A stretch of DNA of 64,000 nucleotides from the human T2T-CHM13v2.0 reference genome, Homo sapiens, in NCBI RefSeq assembly GCF_009914755.1, contig NC_060933.1. The stretch is one strand, 5' to 3'. Positions 12,801 through 26,700 of this stretch are shown in pieces (the stretch's first letter is position 1; each line of letters opens with the position of its first letter). The notes under the pieces are model-generated. The model did not search any database. It was given only the letters and a program-made list of their open reading frames with translations, and was not told the DNA's origin. Both the position numbers and the translations under genes were made by a program.

Positions 12801-15800
12801 GGATTACATATAAAACCTAGAGAGAAGCATTCTCAGGAACTTCTTTGTGATGTTTGCCTTCAAGTCACAGGACTGAACATTCCCTTTCATAGAGCAGGTT
12901 TGAAACACTCTTTCTGTAGTATCTGCAAGCTGACGTTTCAAGCGCTTTCAGGCCTATGGTGAGAAAGGAAATATCTTCAAGTAAAAACTAGACAGAAGCA
13001 TTCTCAGAAACTTATTTGAGATGTGTGTTCTCAACTAACAGAGTTGAACCTTTGTTTTGATATGGCATTTTGGAAACACTCTTTTTGTAGAATCTGCAGG
13101 TGGATATTCGGATAGCTTTGAAGGTTTCGTTGGAAACGGGAATATCTTCATATAAAATCTAGACGGAAGCATTCTCAGAAACTGCTTTGTGATGTTTTCA
13201 TTCAAGTCACAGAGTAGAATGTTCCCTGTTATATACCAGGTTTGAGACACTCTTTCTGCACTACCTGGAAGTGGACATTTGCAGCGCTTTGAGGCCTATG
13301 ATGAAAAAGGAAATATCTTCCCATAAAAACTAGACAGAAGCATTCTCAGAAACTTGTTTGTGATGTGTGTATTCAACTAACAGAGATGAACCTTTCTTTT
13401 TACAGAGCAGTTTTGAAACACTCTTTTTGTGGAATCTGAAAGTGGATATTTGGATAGCTTTGAGGATTTCGTTGGAAACGGGATTACATATAAAACCTAG
13501 AGAGAAGCATTCTCAGGAACTTCTTTGTGATGTTTGCATTCACGTCACAGAACTGAACATTCCCTTTCATAGAGCATGTTTGAAACACTCTTTCTGTAGT
13601 ATCTGCAAGCGGACGTTTTAAGCGCTTTCAGGCCTGTGGTGAGAAAGGAAATATCTTCAAATAAAAACTAGACAGAAGCATTCTCAGAAACTTATTTGCG
13701 ATGTGTGTCCTCAACTAACAGAGTTGAACCTTTCTTTTGATACAACATTTTGGAAACACTCTTTTTGTAGAATCTGCAAGTGGATATTTGGATAGCTTTG
13801 AAGGTTTCGTTGGAAACGGGAATATCTTCATATGAAATCAAGACAGAAGCATTCTCAGAAACTTCTCTGTGATGTTTGCATTCAACTCATAGAGTTGAAC
13901 ACTTCCCTTCATACAGCAGGTTTGAAACACTCTTTTTGTAATATTTGGAAGTGGACATTTGCAGCGCTTTGAGGCCTATGTTGAAAAAGGAAATATCTTC
14001 TCCTAAAAACCAGACAGAAGCATTTTCAGAAACTTCCTTGTGATGTGTGTACTCAAGTAACAGAGTTGAACTTTCCTTTTGACAGAGCAGTTTTGAAGCA
14101 CTCTTTTTGTAGAATCTGCAAGTGGATATTTTGATACCTTTGAGGATTTCGTTGGACACGGGATATCGTCATATAAAATCTAGACAGAAGCATTCTCAGA
14201 AACTTCTTTGTTCTGTATGTCCTCAATTAACAGAGTTGAACCTTTGTGTGGATACAGGATTTTGGAAACATTCCTTTAGTAGAATCTGCAAGTTGATATT
14301 TAGATAGCTAGGAAGATTTCCTTGGAAACTGGAATATCTTCATATAAAATCTAGACGGAAGCATTCTCAGAAAGTGCTTTGTGATGTTTGCATTCAAGTC
14401 ACAGAGTTGAATATTCCCTTTTATAGAGCAGGTTTGAAACACTCTTTCTGCACTACCTGGAAGTGGACATTTGGAGCGCTTTGAGGCCTATGTTGAAAAA
14501 GGAAATATCTTCCCATAAAAACTAGACAGAAGCATTCTCAGAAACTTGTTTGTGATGTGTGTATTCAACTAACAGAGATGAACCTTTCTTTTTACAGAGC
14601 AGTTTTGAAACACTCTTTTTGTGGAATCTGAAAGTGGATATTTGGATAGCTTTGAGGATTTCGTTGGAAACGGGATTACATATAAAACCTAGAGAGAAGC
14701 ATTCTCAGGAACTTCTTTGTGATGTTTGCCTTCAAGTCACAGGACTGAACATTCCCTTTCATAGAGCAGGTTTGAAACACTCCTTCTGTAGTATCTGCAA
14801 GCTGACGTTTCAAGCGCTTTCAGGCCTATGGTGACAAAGGAAATATCTTCAAGTAAAAACTAGACAGAAGCATTCTCAGAAACTTATTTGCCATGTGTGT
14901 TCTCAACTAACAGAGTTGAACCTTTGTTTTGATACGGCATTTTGGAAACACTCTTTTTGTAGAATCTGCAGGTGGATATTCGGATAGCTTTGAAGGTTTC
15001 GTTGGAAACGGGAATATTTTCATATAAAATCTAGACGGAAGCATTCTCAGAAACTGCTTTGTGATGTTTGCATTCAAGTCACAGAGTAGAATGTTCCCTG
15101 TTATATACCAGGTTTGAGACACTCTTTCTGCACTACCTGGAAGTGGACGTTTGGAGCGCTTTGAGGCCTATGTTGAAAAAGGAAATATCTTCCCATAAAA
15201 ACTAGACAGAAGCATTCTCAGAAACTTGTTTGTGATGTGTGTATTCAACTAACAGAGATGAACCTTTCTTTTTACAGAGCAGTTTTGAAACACTCTTTTT
15301 GTGGAATCTGAAAGTGGATATTTGGATAGCTTTGAGGATTTCGTTGGAAACGGGATTACATATAAAACCTAGAGAGAAGCATTCTCAGGAACTTCTTTGT
15401 GATGTTTGCATTCAAGTCACAGAACTGAACATTCCCTTTCATAGAGCAGGTTTGAAACACTCTTTCTGTAGTATCTGCAAGCTGACGTTTCAAGCGCTTT
15501 CAGGCCAATGGTGAGAAAGGAAATATCTTCAAGTAAAAACTAGACAGAAGCATTCTCAGAAACTTATTTGCCATGTGTGTCCTCAACTAACAGAGTTGAA
15601 CCTTTCTTTTGATACAACATTTTGGAAACACTCTTTTTGTAGAATCTGCAAGTGGATATTTGAATAGCTTTGAAGGTTTCGTTGGAAACGGGAATATCTT
15701 CATATAAAATCAAGACAGAAGCATTCTCAGAAACTTCTCTGTGATGTTTGCATTCAACTCATAGAGTTGAACACTTCCCTTCATACAGCAGGTTTGAAAC

Positions 15801-18800
15801 ACTCTTTTTGTAATATTTGGAAGTGGACATTTGCAGCGCTTTGAGGCCTATGATGAAAAAGGTAATATCTTCCCATAAAAACTAGACAGAAGCATTCTCA
15901 GAAACTTGTTTGTGATGTGTGTATTCAACTAACAGAGATGAACCTTTCTTTTTACAGAGCAGTTTTGAAACACTCTTTTTGTGGAATCTGAAAGTGGATA
16001 TTTGGATAGCTTTGCGGATTTCGTTGGAAACGGGATTATATATAAAATCTAGGGAGAAGCATTCTCAGGAACTTCTTTGTGATGTTTGCATTCAAGTCAC
16101 AGAACTGAACATTCCCTTTCATAGAGCAGGTTTGAAACACTCTTTCTGTAGTATCTGCAAGCGGACGTTTTAAGCGCTTTCAGGCCTGTGGTGAGAAAGG
16201 AAATATCTTCAAATAAAAACTAGACAGAAGCATTCTCAGAAACTTATTTGCGATGTGTGTCCTCAACTAACAGAGTTGAACCTTTCTTTTGATACAACAT
16301 TTTGGAAACACTCTTTTTGTAGAATCTGCAAGTGGATATTTGGATAGCTTTGAAGGTTTCGTTGGAAACGGGAATATCTTCATATGAAATCAAGACAGAA
16401 GCATTCTCAGAAACTTCTCTGTGATGTTTGCATTCAACTCATAGAGTTGAACACTTCCCTTCATACAGCAGGTTTGAAACACTCTTTTTCTAATATTTGG
16501 AAGTGGACATTTGCAGCGCTTTGAGGCCTATGTTGAAAAAGGAAATATCTTCTCCTAAAAACCAGACAGAAGCATTCTCAGAAACTTCCTTGTGATGTGT
16601 GTACTCAAGTAACAGAGTTGAACCTTCCTTTTGACAGAGCAGTTTTGAAGCACTCTTTTTGTAGAATCTGCAAGTGGATATTTTGATACCATTGAGGATT
16701 TCGTTGGACACGGGATATCTTCATATAAAATCTAGACAGAAGCATTCTCAGAAACTTCTTTGTGCTGTATGTCCTCAATTAACAGAGTTGAACCTTTGTG
16801 TGGATACAGCATTTTGGAAACATTCCTTTAGTAGAATCTGCAAGTTGATATTTAGATAGCTAGGAAGAGTTCCTTGGAAACGGGAATATCTTCATATAAA
16901 ATCTAGACGGAAGCATTCTCAGAAAGTGCTTTGTGATGTTTGCATTCAAGTCACAGAGTTGAATGTTCCCTTTTATAGAGCAGGTTTGAAACACTCTTTC
17001 TGCACTACCTGGAAGTGGACATTTGGAGCGCTTTGAGGCCTATGTTGAAAAAGGAAATATCTTCCCATAAAAACTAGACAGAAGCATTCTCAGAAACTTG
17101 TTTGTGATGTGTGTATTCAACTAACAGAGATGAACCTTTCTTTTTACAGAGCAGTTTTGAAACACTCTTTTTGTGGAATCTGAAAGTGGATATTTGGATA
17201 GCTTTGAGGATTTCGTTGGAAACGGGATTACATATAAAACCTAGAGAGAAGCATTCTCAGGAACTTCTTTGTGATGTTTGCATTCAAGTCACAGAACTGA
17301 ACATTCCCTTTCATAGAGCAGGTTTGAAACACTCTTTCTGTAGTATCTGCAAGCTGACGTTTCAAGCGCTTTCAGGCCTATGGTGAGAAAGGAAATATCT
17401 TCAAGTAAAAACTAGACAGAAGCATTCTCAGAAACTTATTTGCGATGTGTGTTCTCAACTAACAGAGTTGAACCTTTGTTTTGATATGGCATTTTGGAAA
17501 CACTCTTTTTGTAGAATCTGCAGGTGGATATTCGGATAGCTTTGAAGGTTTCGTTGGAAACGGGAATATCTTCATATAAAATCTAGACGGAAGCATTCTC
17601 AGAAACTGCTTTGTGATGTTTTCATTCAAGTCACAGAGTAGAATGTTCCCTGTTATATACCAGGTTTGAGACACTCTTTCTGCACTACCTGGAAGTGGAC
17701 ATTTGCAGCGCTTTGAGGCCTATGATGAAAAAGGAAATATCTTCCCATAAAAACTAGACAGAAGCATTCTCAGAAACTTGTTTGTGATGTGTGTATTCAA
17801 CTAACAGAGATGAACCTTTCTTTTTACAGAGCAGTTTTGAAACACTCTTTTTGTGGAATCTGAAAGTGGATATTTGGATAGCTTTGAGGATTTCGTTGGA
17901 AACGGGATTACATATAAAATCTAGAGAGAAGCATTCTCAGGAACTTCTTTGTGATGTTTGCATTCACGTCACAGAACTGAACATTCCCTTTCATAGGGCA
18001 TGTTTGAAACACTCTTTCTGTAGTATCTGCAAACGGACATTTCAAACGCTTTCAGGCCTATGGTGAGAAAGGAAATATCTTCAAATAAAAACTAGACAGA
18101 AGCATTCTCAGAAACTTATTTGCGATGTGTGTCCTCAACTAACAGAGTTGAACCTTTCTTTTGATACAACATTTTGGAAACACTCTTTTTGTAGAATCTG
18201 CAAGTGGATATTTGCATAGCTTTGAAGGTTTCGTTGGAAACGGGAATATCTTCATATAAAATCAAGACAGAAGCATTCTCAGAAACTTCTCTGTGATGTT
18301 TGCATTCAACTCATAGAGTTGAACACTTCCCTTCATACAGCAGGTTTGAAACACTCTTTTTGTAATATTTGGAAGTGGACATTTGCAGCGCTTTGAGGCC
18401 TATGTTGAAAAAGGAAATATCTTCTCCTAAAAACCAGACAGAAGCATTCTCAGAAACTTCCTTGTGATGTGTGTACTCAAGTAACAGAGTTGAACCTTCC
18501 TTTTGACAGAGCAGTTTTGAAGCACTCTTTTTGTAGAATCTGCAAGTGGATATTTTGATACCTTTGAGGATTTCGTTGGACACGGGATATCTTCATATAA
18601 AATCTAGACAGAAACATTCTCAGAAACTTCTTTGTGCTGTATGTCCTCAATTAACAGAGTTGAACCTTTGTGTGGATACAGCATTTTGGAAACATTCCTT
18701 TAGTAGAATCTGCAAGTTGATATTTAGATAGCTAGGAAGATTTCCTTGGAAACGGGAATATCTTCATATAAAATCTAGACGGAAGCATTCTCAGAAAGTG

Positions 18801-18955
18801 CTTTGTGATGTTTGCATTCAAGTCACAGAGTTGAATATTCCCTTTTATAGAGCAGGTTTGAAACACTCTTTCTGCACTACCTGGAAGTGGACATTTGGAG
18901 CGCTTTGAGGCCTATGTTGAAAAACGAAATATCTTCCCATAAAAACTAGACAGAA

Positions 18956-20657
18956 GCATTCTCAGAAACTTGTTTGTGATGTGTGTATTCAACTAACAGA
19001 GATGAACCTTTCTTTTTACAGAGCAGTTTTGAAACACTCTTTTTGTGGAATCTGAAAGTGGATATTTGGATAGCTTTGAGGATTTCGTTGGAAACGGGAT
19101 TACATATAAAACCTAGAGAGAAGCATTCTCAGGAACTTCTTTGTGATGTTTGCCTTCAAGTCACAGGACTGAACATTCCCTTTCATAGAGCAGGTTTGAA
19201 ACACTCTTTCTGTAGTATCTGCAAGCTGACGTTTCAAGCGCTTTCAGGCCTATGGTGAGAAAGGAAATATCTTCAAGTAAAAACTAGACAGAAGCATTCT
19301 CAGAAACTTATTTGCCATGTGTGTTCTCAACTAACAGAGTTGAACCTTTGTTTTGATACGGCATTTTGGAAACACTCTTTTTGTAGAATCTGCAGGTGGA
19401 TATTCGGATAGCTTTGAAGGTTTCGTTGGAAACGGGAATATCTTCATATAAAACCTTGACGGAAGCATTCTCAGAAACTTCTTTGTGCTGTATGTCCTCA
19501 ATTAACAGAGTTGAACCTTTGTGTGGATACAGCATTTTGGAAACATTCCTTTAGTAGAATCTGCAAGTTGATATTTAGATAGCTAGGAAGAGTTCCTTGG
19601 AAACGGGAATATCTTCATATAAAATCTAGACGGAAGCATTCTCAGAAAGTGCTTTGTGATGTTTGCATTCAAGTCACAGAGTTGAATGTTCCCTTTTATA
19701 GAGCAGGTTTGAAACACTCTTTCTGCACTACCTGGAAGTGGACATTTGGAGCGCTTTGAGGCCTATGTTGAAAAAGGAAATATCTTCCCATAAAAACTAG
19801 ACAGAAGCATTCTCAGAAACTTGTTTGTGATGTGTGTATTCAACTAACAGAGATGAACCTTTCTTTTTACAGAGCAGTTTTGAAACACTCTTTTTGTGGA
19901 ATCTGAAAGTGGATATTTGGATAGCTTTGAGGATTTCGTTGGAAACGGGATTACATATAAAACCTAGAGAGAAGCATTCTCAGGAACTTCTTTGTGATGT
20001 TTGCATTCAAGTCACAGAACTGAACATTCCCTTTCATAGAGCAGGTTTGAAACACTCTTTCTGTAGTATCTGCAAGCTGACGTTTCAAGCGCTTTCAGGC
20101 CTATGGTGAGAAAGGAAATATCTTCAAGTAAAAACTAGACAGAAGCATTCTCAGAAACTTATTTGCGATGTGTGTTCTCAACTAACAGAGTTGAACCTTT
20201 GTTTTGATATGGCATTTTGGAAACACTCTTTTTGTAGAATCTGCAGGTGGATATTCGGATAGCTTTGAAGGTTTCGTTGGAAACGGGAATATCTTCATAT
20301 AAAACCTTGACGGAAGCATTCTCAGAAACTTCTTTGTGCTGTATGTCCTCAATTAACAGAGTTGAACCTTTGTGTGGATACAGCATTTTGGAAACATTCC
20401 TTTAGTAGAATCTGCAAGTTGATATTTAGATAGCTAGGAAGAGTTCCTTGGAAACGGGAATATCTTCATATAAAATCTAGACGGAAGCATTCTCAGAAAC
20501 TGCTTTGTGATGTTTTCATTCAAGTCACAGAGTAGAATGTTCCCTGTTATATACCAGGTTTGAGACACTCTTTCTGCACTACCTGGAAGTGGACATTTGC
20601 AGCGCTTTGAGGCCTATGATGAAAAAGGAAATATCTTCCCATAAAAACTAGACAGAA
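18956..20657 (+). repeat. Two tandem 851-bp 5-monomer variants
   Basis: Spacing 18983 to 19834 to 20685 is 851 bp each. The same AAAACCTTGACGG junction occurs at ~19450 and ~20301. Confidence 0.9.
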
Positions 20658-23600
20658 GCATTCTCCGAAACTTGTTTTTGATGTGTGTATTCAACTAACA
20701 GAGATGAACCTTTCTTTTTACAGAGCAGTTTTGAAACACTCTTTTTGTGGAATCTGAAAGTGGATATTTGGATAGCTTTGAGGATTTCGTTGGAAACGGG
20801 ATTACATATAAAATCTAGAGAGAAGCATTCTCAGGAACTTCTTTGTGATGTTTGCATTCACGTCACAGAACTGAACATTCCCTTTCATAGAGCATGTTTG
20901 AAACACTCTTTCTGTAGTATCTGCAAACGGACATTTCAAACGCTTTCAGGCCTATGGTGAGAAAGGAAATATCTTCAAATAAAAACTAGACAGAAGCATT
21001 CTCAGAAACTTATTTGCGATGTGTGTCCTCAACTAACAGAGTTGAACCATTCTTTTGATACAACATTTTGGAAACACTCTTTTTGTAGAATCTGCAAGTG
21101 GATATTTGAATAGCTTTGAAGGTTTCGTTGGAAACGGGAATATCTTCATATAAAATCAAGACAGAAGCATTCTCAGAAACTTCTCTGTGATGTTTGCATT
21201 CAACTCATAGAGTTGAACGCTTCCCTTCATACAGCAGGTTTGAAACACTCTTTTTGTAATATTTGGAAGTGGACATTTGCAGCGCTTTGAGGCCTATGAT
21301 GAAAAAGGTAATATCTTCCCATAAAAACTAGACAGAAGCGTTCTCAGAAACTTGTTTGTGATGTGTGTATTCAACTAACAGAGATGAACCTTTCTTTTTA
21401 CAGAGCAGTTTTGAAACACTCTTTTTGTGGAATCTGAAAGTGGATATTTGGATAGCTTTGCGGATTTCGTTGGAAACGGGATTACATATAAAATCTAGGG
21501 AGAAGCATTCTCAGGAACTTCTTTGTGATGTTTGCATTCAAGTCACAGAACTGAACATTCCCTTTCATAGAGCAGGTTTGAAACACTCTTTCTGTAGTAT
21601 CTGCAAGCGGACGTTTTAAGCGCTTTCAGGCCTATGGTGAGAAAGGAAATATCTTCAAATAAAAACTAGACAGAAGCATTCTCAGACACTTATTTGCGAT
21701 GTGTGTCCTCAACTAACAGAGTTGAACCTTTCTTTTGATACAACATTTTGGAAACACTCTTTTTGTAGAATCTGCAAGTGGATATTTGGATAGCTTTGAA
21801 GGTTTCGTTGGAAACGGGAATATCTTCATATGAAATCAAGACAGAAGCATTCTCAGAAACTTCTCTGTGATGTTTGCATTCAACTCATAGAGTTGAACAC
21901 TTCCCTTCATACAGCAGGTTTGAAACACTCTTTTTCTAATATTTGGAAGTGGACATTTGCAGCGCTTTGAGGCCTATGTTGAAAAAGGAAATATCTTCTC
22001 CTAAAAACCAGACAGAAGCATTCTCAGAAACTTCCTTGTGATGTGTGTACTCAAGTAACAGAGTTGAACCTTCCTTTTGACAGAGCAGTTTTGAAGCACT
22101 CTTTTTGTAGAATCTGCAAGTGGATATTTTGATACCTTTGAGGATTTCGTTGGACACGGGATATCTTCATATAAAATCTAGACAGAAGCATTCTCAGAAA
22201 CTTCTTTGTGCTGTATGTCCTCAATTAACAGAGTTGAACCTTTGTGTGGATACAGCATTTTGGAAACATTCCTTTAGTAGAATCTGCAAGTTGATATTTA
22301 GATAGCTAGGAAGAGTTCCTTGGAAACGGGAATATCTTCATATAAAATCTAGACGGAAGCATTCTCAGAAAGTGCTTTGTGATGTTTGCATTCAAGTCAC
22401 AGAGTTGAATGTTCCCTTTTATAGAGCAGGTTTGAAACACTCTTTCTGCACTACCTGGAAGTGGACATTTGGAGCGCTTTGAGGCCTATGTTGAAAAAGG
22501 AAATATCTTCCCATAAAAACTAGACAGAAGCATTCTCAGAAACTTGTTTGTGATGTGTGTATTCAACTAACAGAGATGAACCTTTCTTTTTACAGAGCAG
22601 TTTTGAAACACTCTTTTTGTGGAATCTGAAAGTGGATATTTGGATAGCTTTGAGGATTTCGTTGGAAACGGGATTACATATAAAACCTAGAGAGAAGCAT
22701 TCTCAGGAACTTCTTTGTGATGTTTGCATTCAAGTCACAGAACTGAACATTCCCTTTCATAGAGCAGGTTTGAAACACTCTTTCTGTAGTATCTGCAAGC
22801 TGACGTTTCAAGCGCTTTCAGGCCTATGGTGAGAAAGGAAATATCTTCAAGTAAAAACTAGACAGAAGCATTCTCAGAAACTTATTTGCGATGTGTGTTC
22901 TCAACTAACAGAGTTGAACCTTTGTTTTGATACGGCATTTTGGAAACACTCTTTTTGTAGAATCTGCAGGTGGATATTCGGATAGCTTTGAAGGTTTCGT
23001 TGGAAACGGGAATATCTTCATATAAAATCTAGACGGAAGCATTCTCAGAAACTGCTTTGTGATGTTTTCATTCAAGTCACAGAGTAGAATGTTCCCTGTT
23101 ATATACGAGGTTTGAGACACTCTTTCTGCACTACCTGGAAGTGGACATTTGCAGCGCTTTGAGGCCTATGATGAAAAAGGAAATATCTTCCCATAAAAAC
23201 TAGACAGAAGCATTCTCAGAAACTTGTTTTTGATGTGTGTATTCAACTAACAGAGATGAACCTTTCTTTTTACAGAGCAGTTTTGAAACACTCTTTTTGT
23301 GGAATCTGAAAGTGGATATTTGGATAGCTTTGCGGATTTCGTTGGAAACGGGATTACATATAAAATCTAGGGAGAAGCATTCTCAGGAACTTCTTTGTGA
23401 TGTTTGCATTCAAGTCACAGAACTGAACATTCCCTTTCATAGAGCAGGTTTGAAACACTCTTTCTGTAGTATCTGCAAGCGGACGTTTTAAGCGCTTTCA
23501 GGCCTGTGGTGAGAAAGGAAATATCTTCAAATAAAAACTAGACAGAAGCATTCTCAGAAACTTATTTGCGATGTGTGTCCTCAACTAACAGAGTTGAACC

Positions 23601-23799
23601 TTTCTTTTGATACAACATTTTGGAAACACTCTTTTTGTAGAATCTGCAAGTGGATATTTGGATAGCTGTGAAGGTTTCGTTGGAAACGGGAATATCTTCA
23701 TATGAAATCAAGACAGAAGCATTCTCAGAAACTTCTCTGTGATGTTTGCATTCAACTCATAGAGTTGAACACTTCCCTTCATACAGCAGGTTTGAAACA

Positions 23800-26700
23800 C
23801 TCTTTTTCTAATATTTGGAAGTGGACATTTGCAGCGCTTTGAGGCCTATGTTGAAAAAGGAAATATCTTCTCCTAAAAACCAGACAGAAGCATTCTCAGA
23901 AACTTCCTTGTGATGTGTGTACTCAAGTAACAGAGTTGAACCTTCCTTTTGACAGAGCAGTTTTGAAGCACTCTTTTTGTAGAATCTGCAAGTGGATATT
24001 TTGATACCTTTGAGGATTTCGTTGGACACGGGATATCTTCATATAAAATCTAGACAGAAGCATTCTCAGAAACTTCTTTGTGCTGTATGTCCTCAATTAA
24101 CAGAGTTGAACCTTTGTGTGGATACAGCATTTTGGAAACATTCCTTTAGTAGAATCTGCAAGTTGATATTTAGATAGCTAGGAAGATTTCCTTGGAAACG
24201 GGAATATCTTCATATAAAATCTAGACGGAAGCATTCTCAGAAAGTGCTTTGTGATGTTTGCATTCAAGTCACAGAGTTGAATATTCCCTTTTATAGAGCA
24301 GGTTTGAAACACTCTTTCTGCACTACCTGGAAGTGGACATTTGGAGCGCTTTGAGGCCTATGTTGAAAAAGGAAATATCTTCCCATAAAAACTAGACAGA
24401 AGCATTCTCAGAAACTTGTTTGTGATGTGTGTATTCAACTAACAGAGATGAACCTTTCTTTTTACAGAGCAGTTTTGAAACACTCTTTTTGTGGAATCTG
24501 AAAGTGGATATTTGGATAGCTTTGAGGATTTCGTTGGAAACGGGATTACATATAAAACCTAGAGAGAAGCATTCTCAGGAACTTCTTTGTGATGTTTGCC
24601 TTCAAGTCACAGGACTGAACATTCCCTTTCATAGAGCAGGTTTGAAACACTCTTTCTGTAGTATCTGCAAGCTGACGTTTCAAGCGCTTTCAGGCCTATG
24701 GTGAGAAAGGAAATATCTTCAAGTAAAAACTAGACAGAAGCATTCTCAGAAACTTATTTGCCATGTGTGTTCTCAACTAACAGAGTTGAACCTTTGTTTT
24801 GATACGGCATTTTGGAAACACTCTTTTTGTAGAATCTGCAGGTGGATATTCGGATAGCTTTGAAGGTTTCGTTGGAAACGGGAATATCTTCATATAAAAT
24901 CTAGACGGAAGCATTCTCAGAAACTGCTTTGTGATGTTTTCATTCAAGTCACAGAGTAGAATGTTCCCTGTTATATACCAGGTTTGAGACACTCTTTCTG
25001 CACTACCTGGAAGTGGACGTTTGGAGCGCTTTGAGGCCTATGTTGAAAAAGGAAATATCTTCCCATAAAAACTAGACAGAAGCATTCTCAGAAACTTGTT
25101 TGTGATGTGTGTATTCAACTAACAGAGATGAACCTTTCTTTTTACAGAGCAGTTTTGAAACACTCTTTTTGTGGAATCTGAAAGTGGATATTTGGATAGC
25201 TTTGAGGATTTCGTTGGAAACGGGATTACATATAAAATCTAGAGAGAAGCATTCTCAGGAACTTCTTTGTGATGTTTTCATTCACGTCACAGAACTGAAC
25301 ATTCCCTTTCATAGAGCATGTTTGAAACACTCTTTCTGTAGTATCTGCAAACGGACATTTCAAACGCTTTCAGGCCTATGGTGAGAAAGGAAATATCTTC
25401 AAATAAAAACTAGACAGAAGCATTCTCAGAAACTTATTTGCGATGTGTGTCCTCAACTAACAGAGTTGAACCTTTCTTTTGATACAACATTTTGGAAACA
25501 CTCTTTTTGTAGAATCTGCAAGTGGATATTTGGATAGCTTTGAAGGTTTCGTTGGAAACGGGAATATCTTCATATAAAATCAAGACAGAAGCATTCTCAG
25601 AAACTTCTCTGTGATGTTTGCATTCAACTCATAGAGTTGAACGCTTCCCTTCATACAGCAGGTTTGAAACACTCTTTTTCTAATATTTGGAAGTGGACAT
25701 TTGCAGCGCTTTGAGGCCTATGTTAAAAAAGGAAATATCTTCTCCTAAAAACCAGACAGAAGCATTCTCAGAAACTTCCTTGTGATGTGTGTACTCAAGT
25801 AACAGAGTTGAACCTTCCTTTTGACAGAGCAGTTTTGAAGCAGTCTTTTTGTGGAATCTGCAAGTGGATATTTTGATACCTTTGAGGATTTCGTTGGACA
25901 CGGGATATCTTCATATAAAATCTAGACAGAAGCATTCTCAGAAACTTCTTTGTGCTGTCTGTCCTCAATTAACAGAGTTGAACCTTTGTGTGGATACAGC
26001 ATTTTGGAAACATTCCTTTAGTAGAATCTGCAAGTTGATATTTAGATAGCTAGGAAGATTTCCTTGGAAACGGGAATATCTTCATATAAAATCTAGACGG
26101 AAGCATTCTCAGAAAGTGCTTTGTGATGTTTGCATTCAAGTCACAGAGTTGAATATTCCCTTTTATAGAGCAGGTTTGAAACACTCTTTCTGCACTACCT
26201 GGAAGTGGACATTTGGAGCGCTTTGAGGCCTATGTTGAAAAACGAAATATCTTCCCATAAAAACTAGACAGAAGCATTCTCAGAAACTTGTTTGTGATGT
26301 GTGTATTCAACTAACAGAGATGAACCTTTCTTTTTACAGAGCAGTTTTGAAACACTCTTTTTGTGGAATCTGAAAGTGGATATTTGGATAGCTTTGAGGA
26401 TTTCGTTGGAAACGGGATTACATATAAAACCTAGAGAGAAGCATTCTCAGGAACTTCTTTGTGATGTTTGCCTTCAAGTCACAGGACTGAACATTCCCTT
26501 TCATAGAGCAGGTTTGAAACACTCTTTCTGTAGTATCTGCAAGCTGACGTTTCAAGCGCTTTCAGGCCTATGGTGAGAAAGGAAATATCTTCAAGTAAAA
26601 ACTAGACAGAAGCATTCTCAGAAACTTATTTGCCATGTGTGTTCTCAACTAACAGAGTTGAACCTTTGTTTTGATACGGCATTTTGGAAACACTCTTTTT

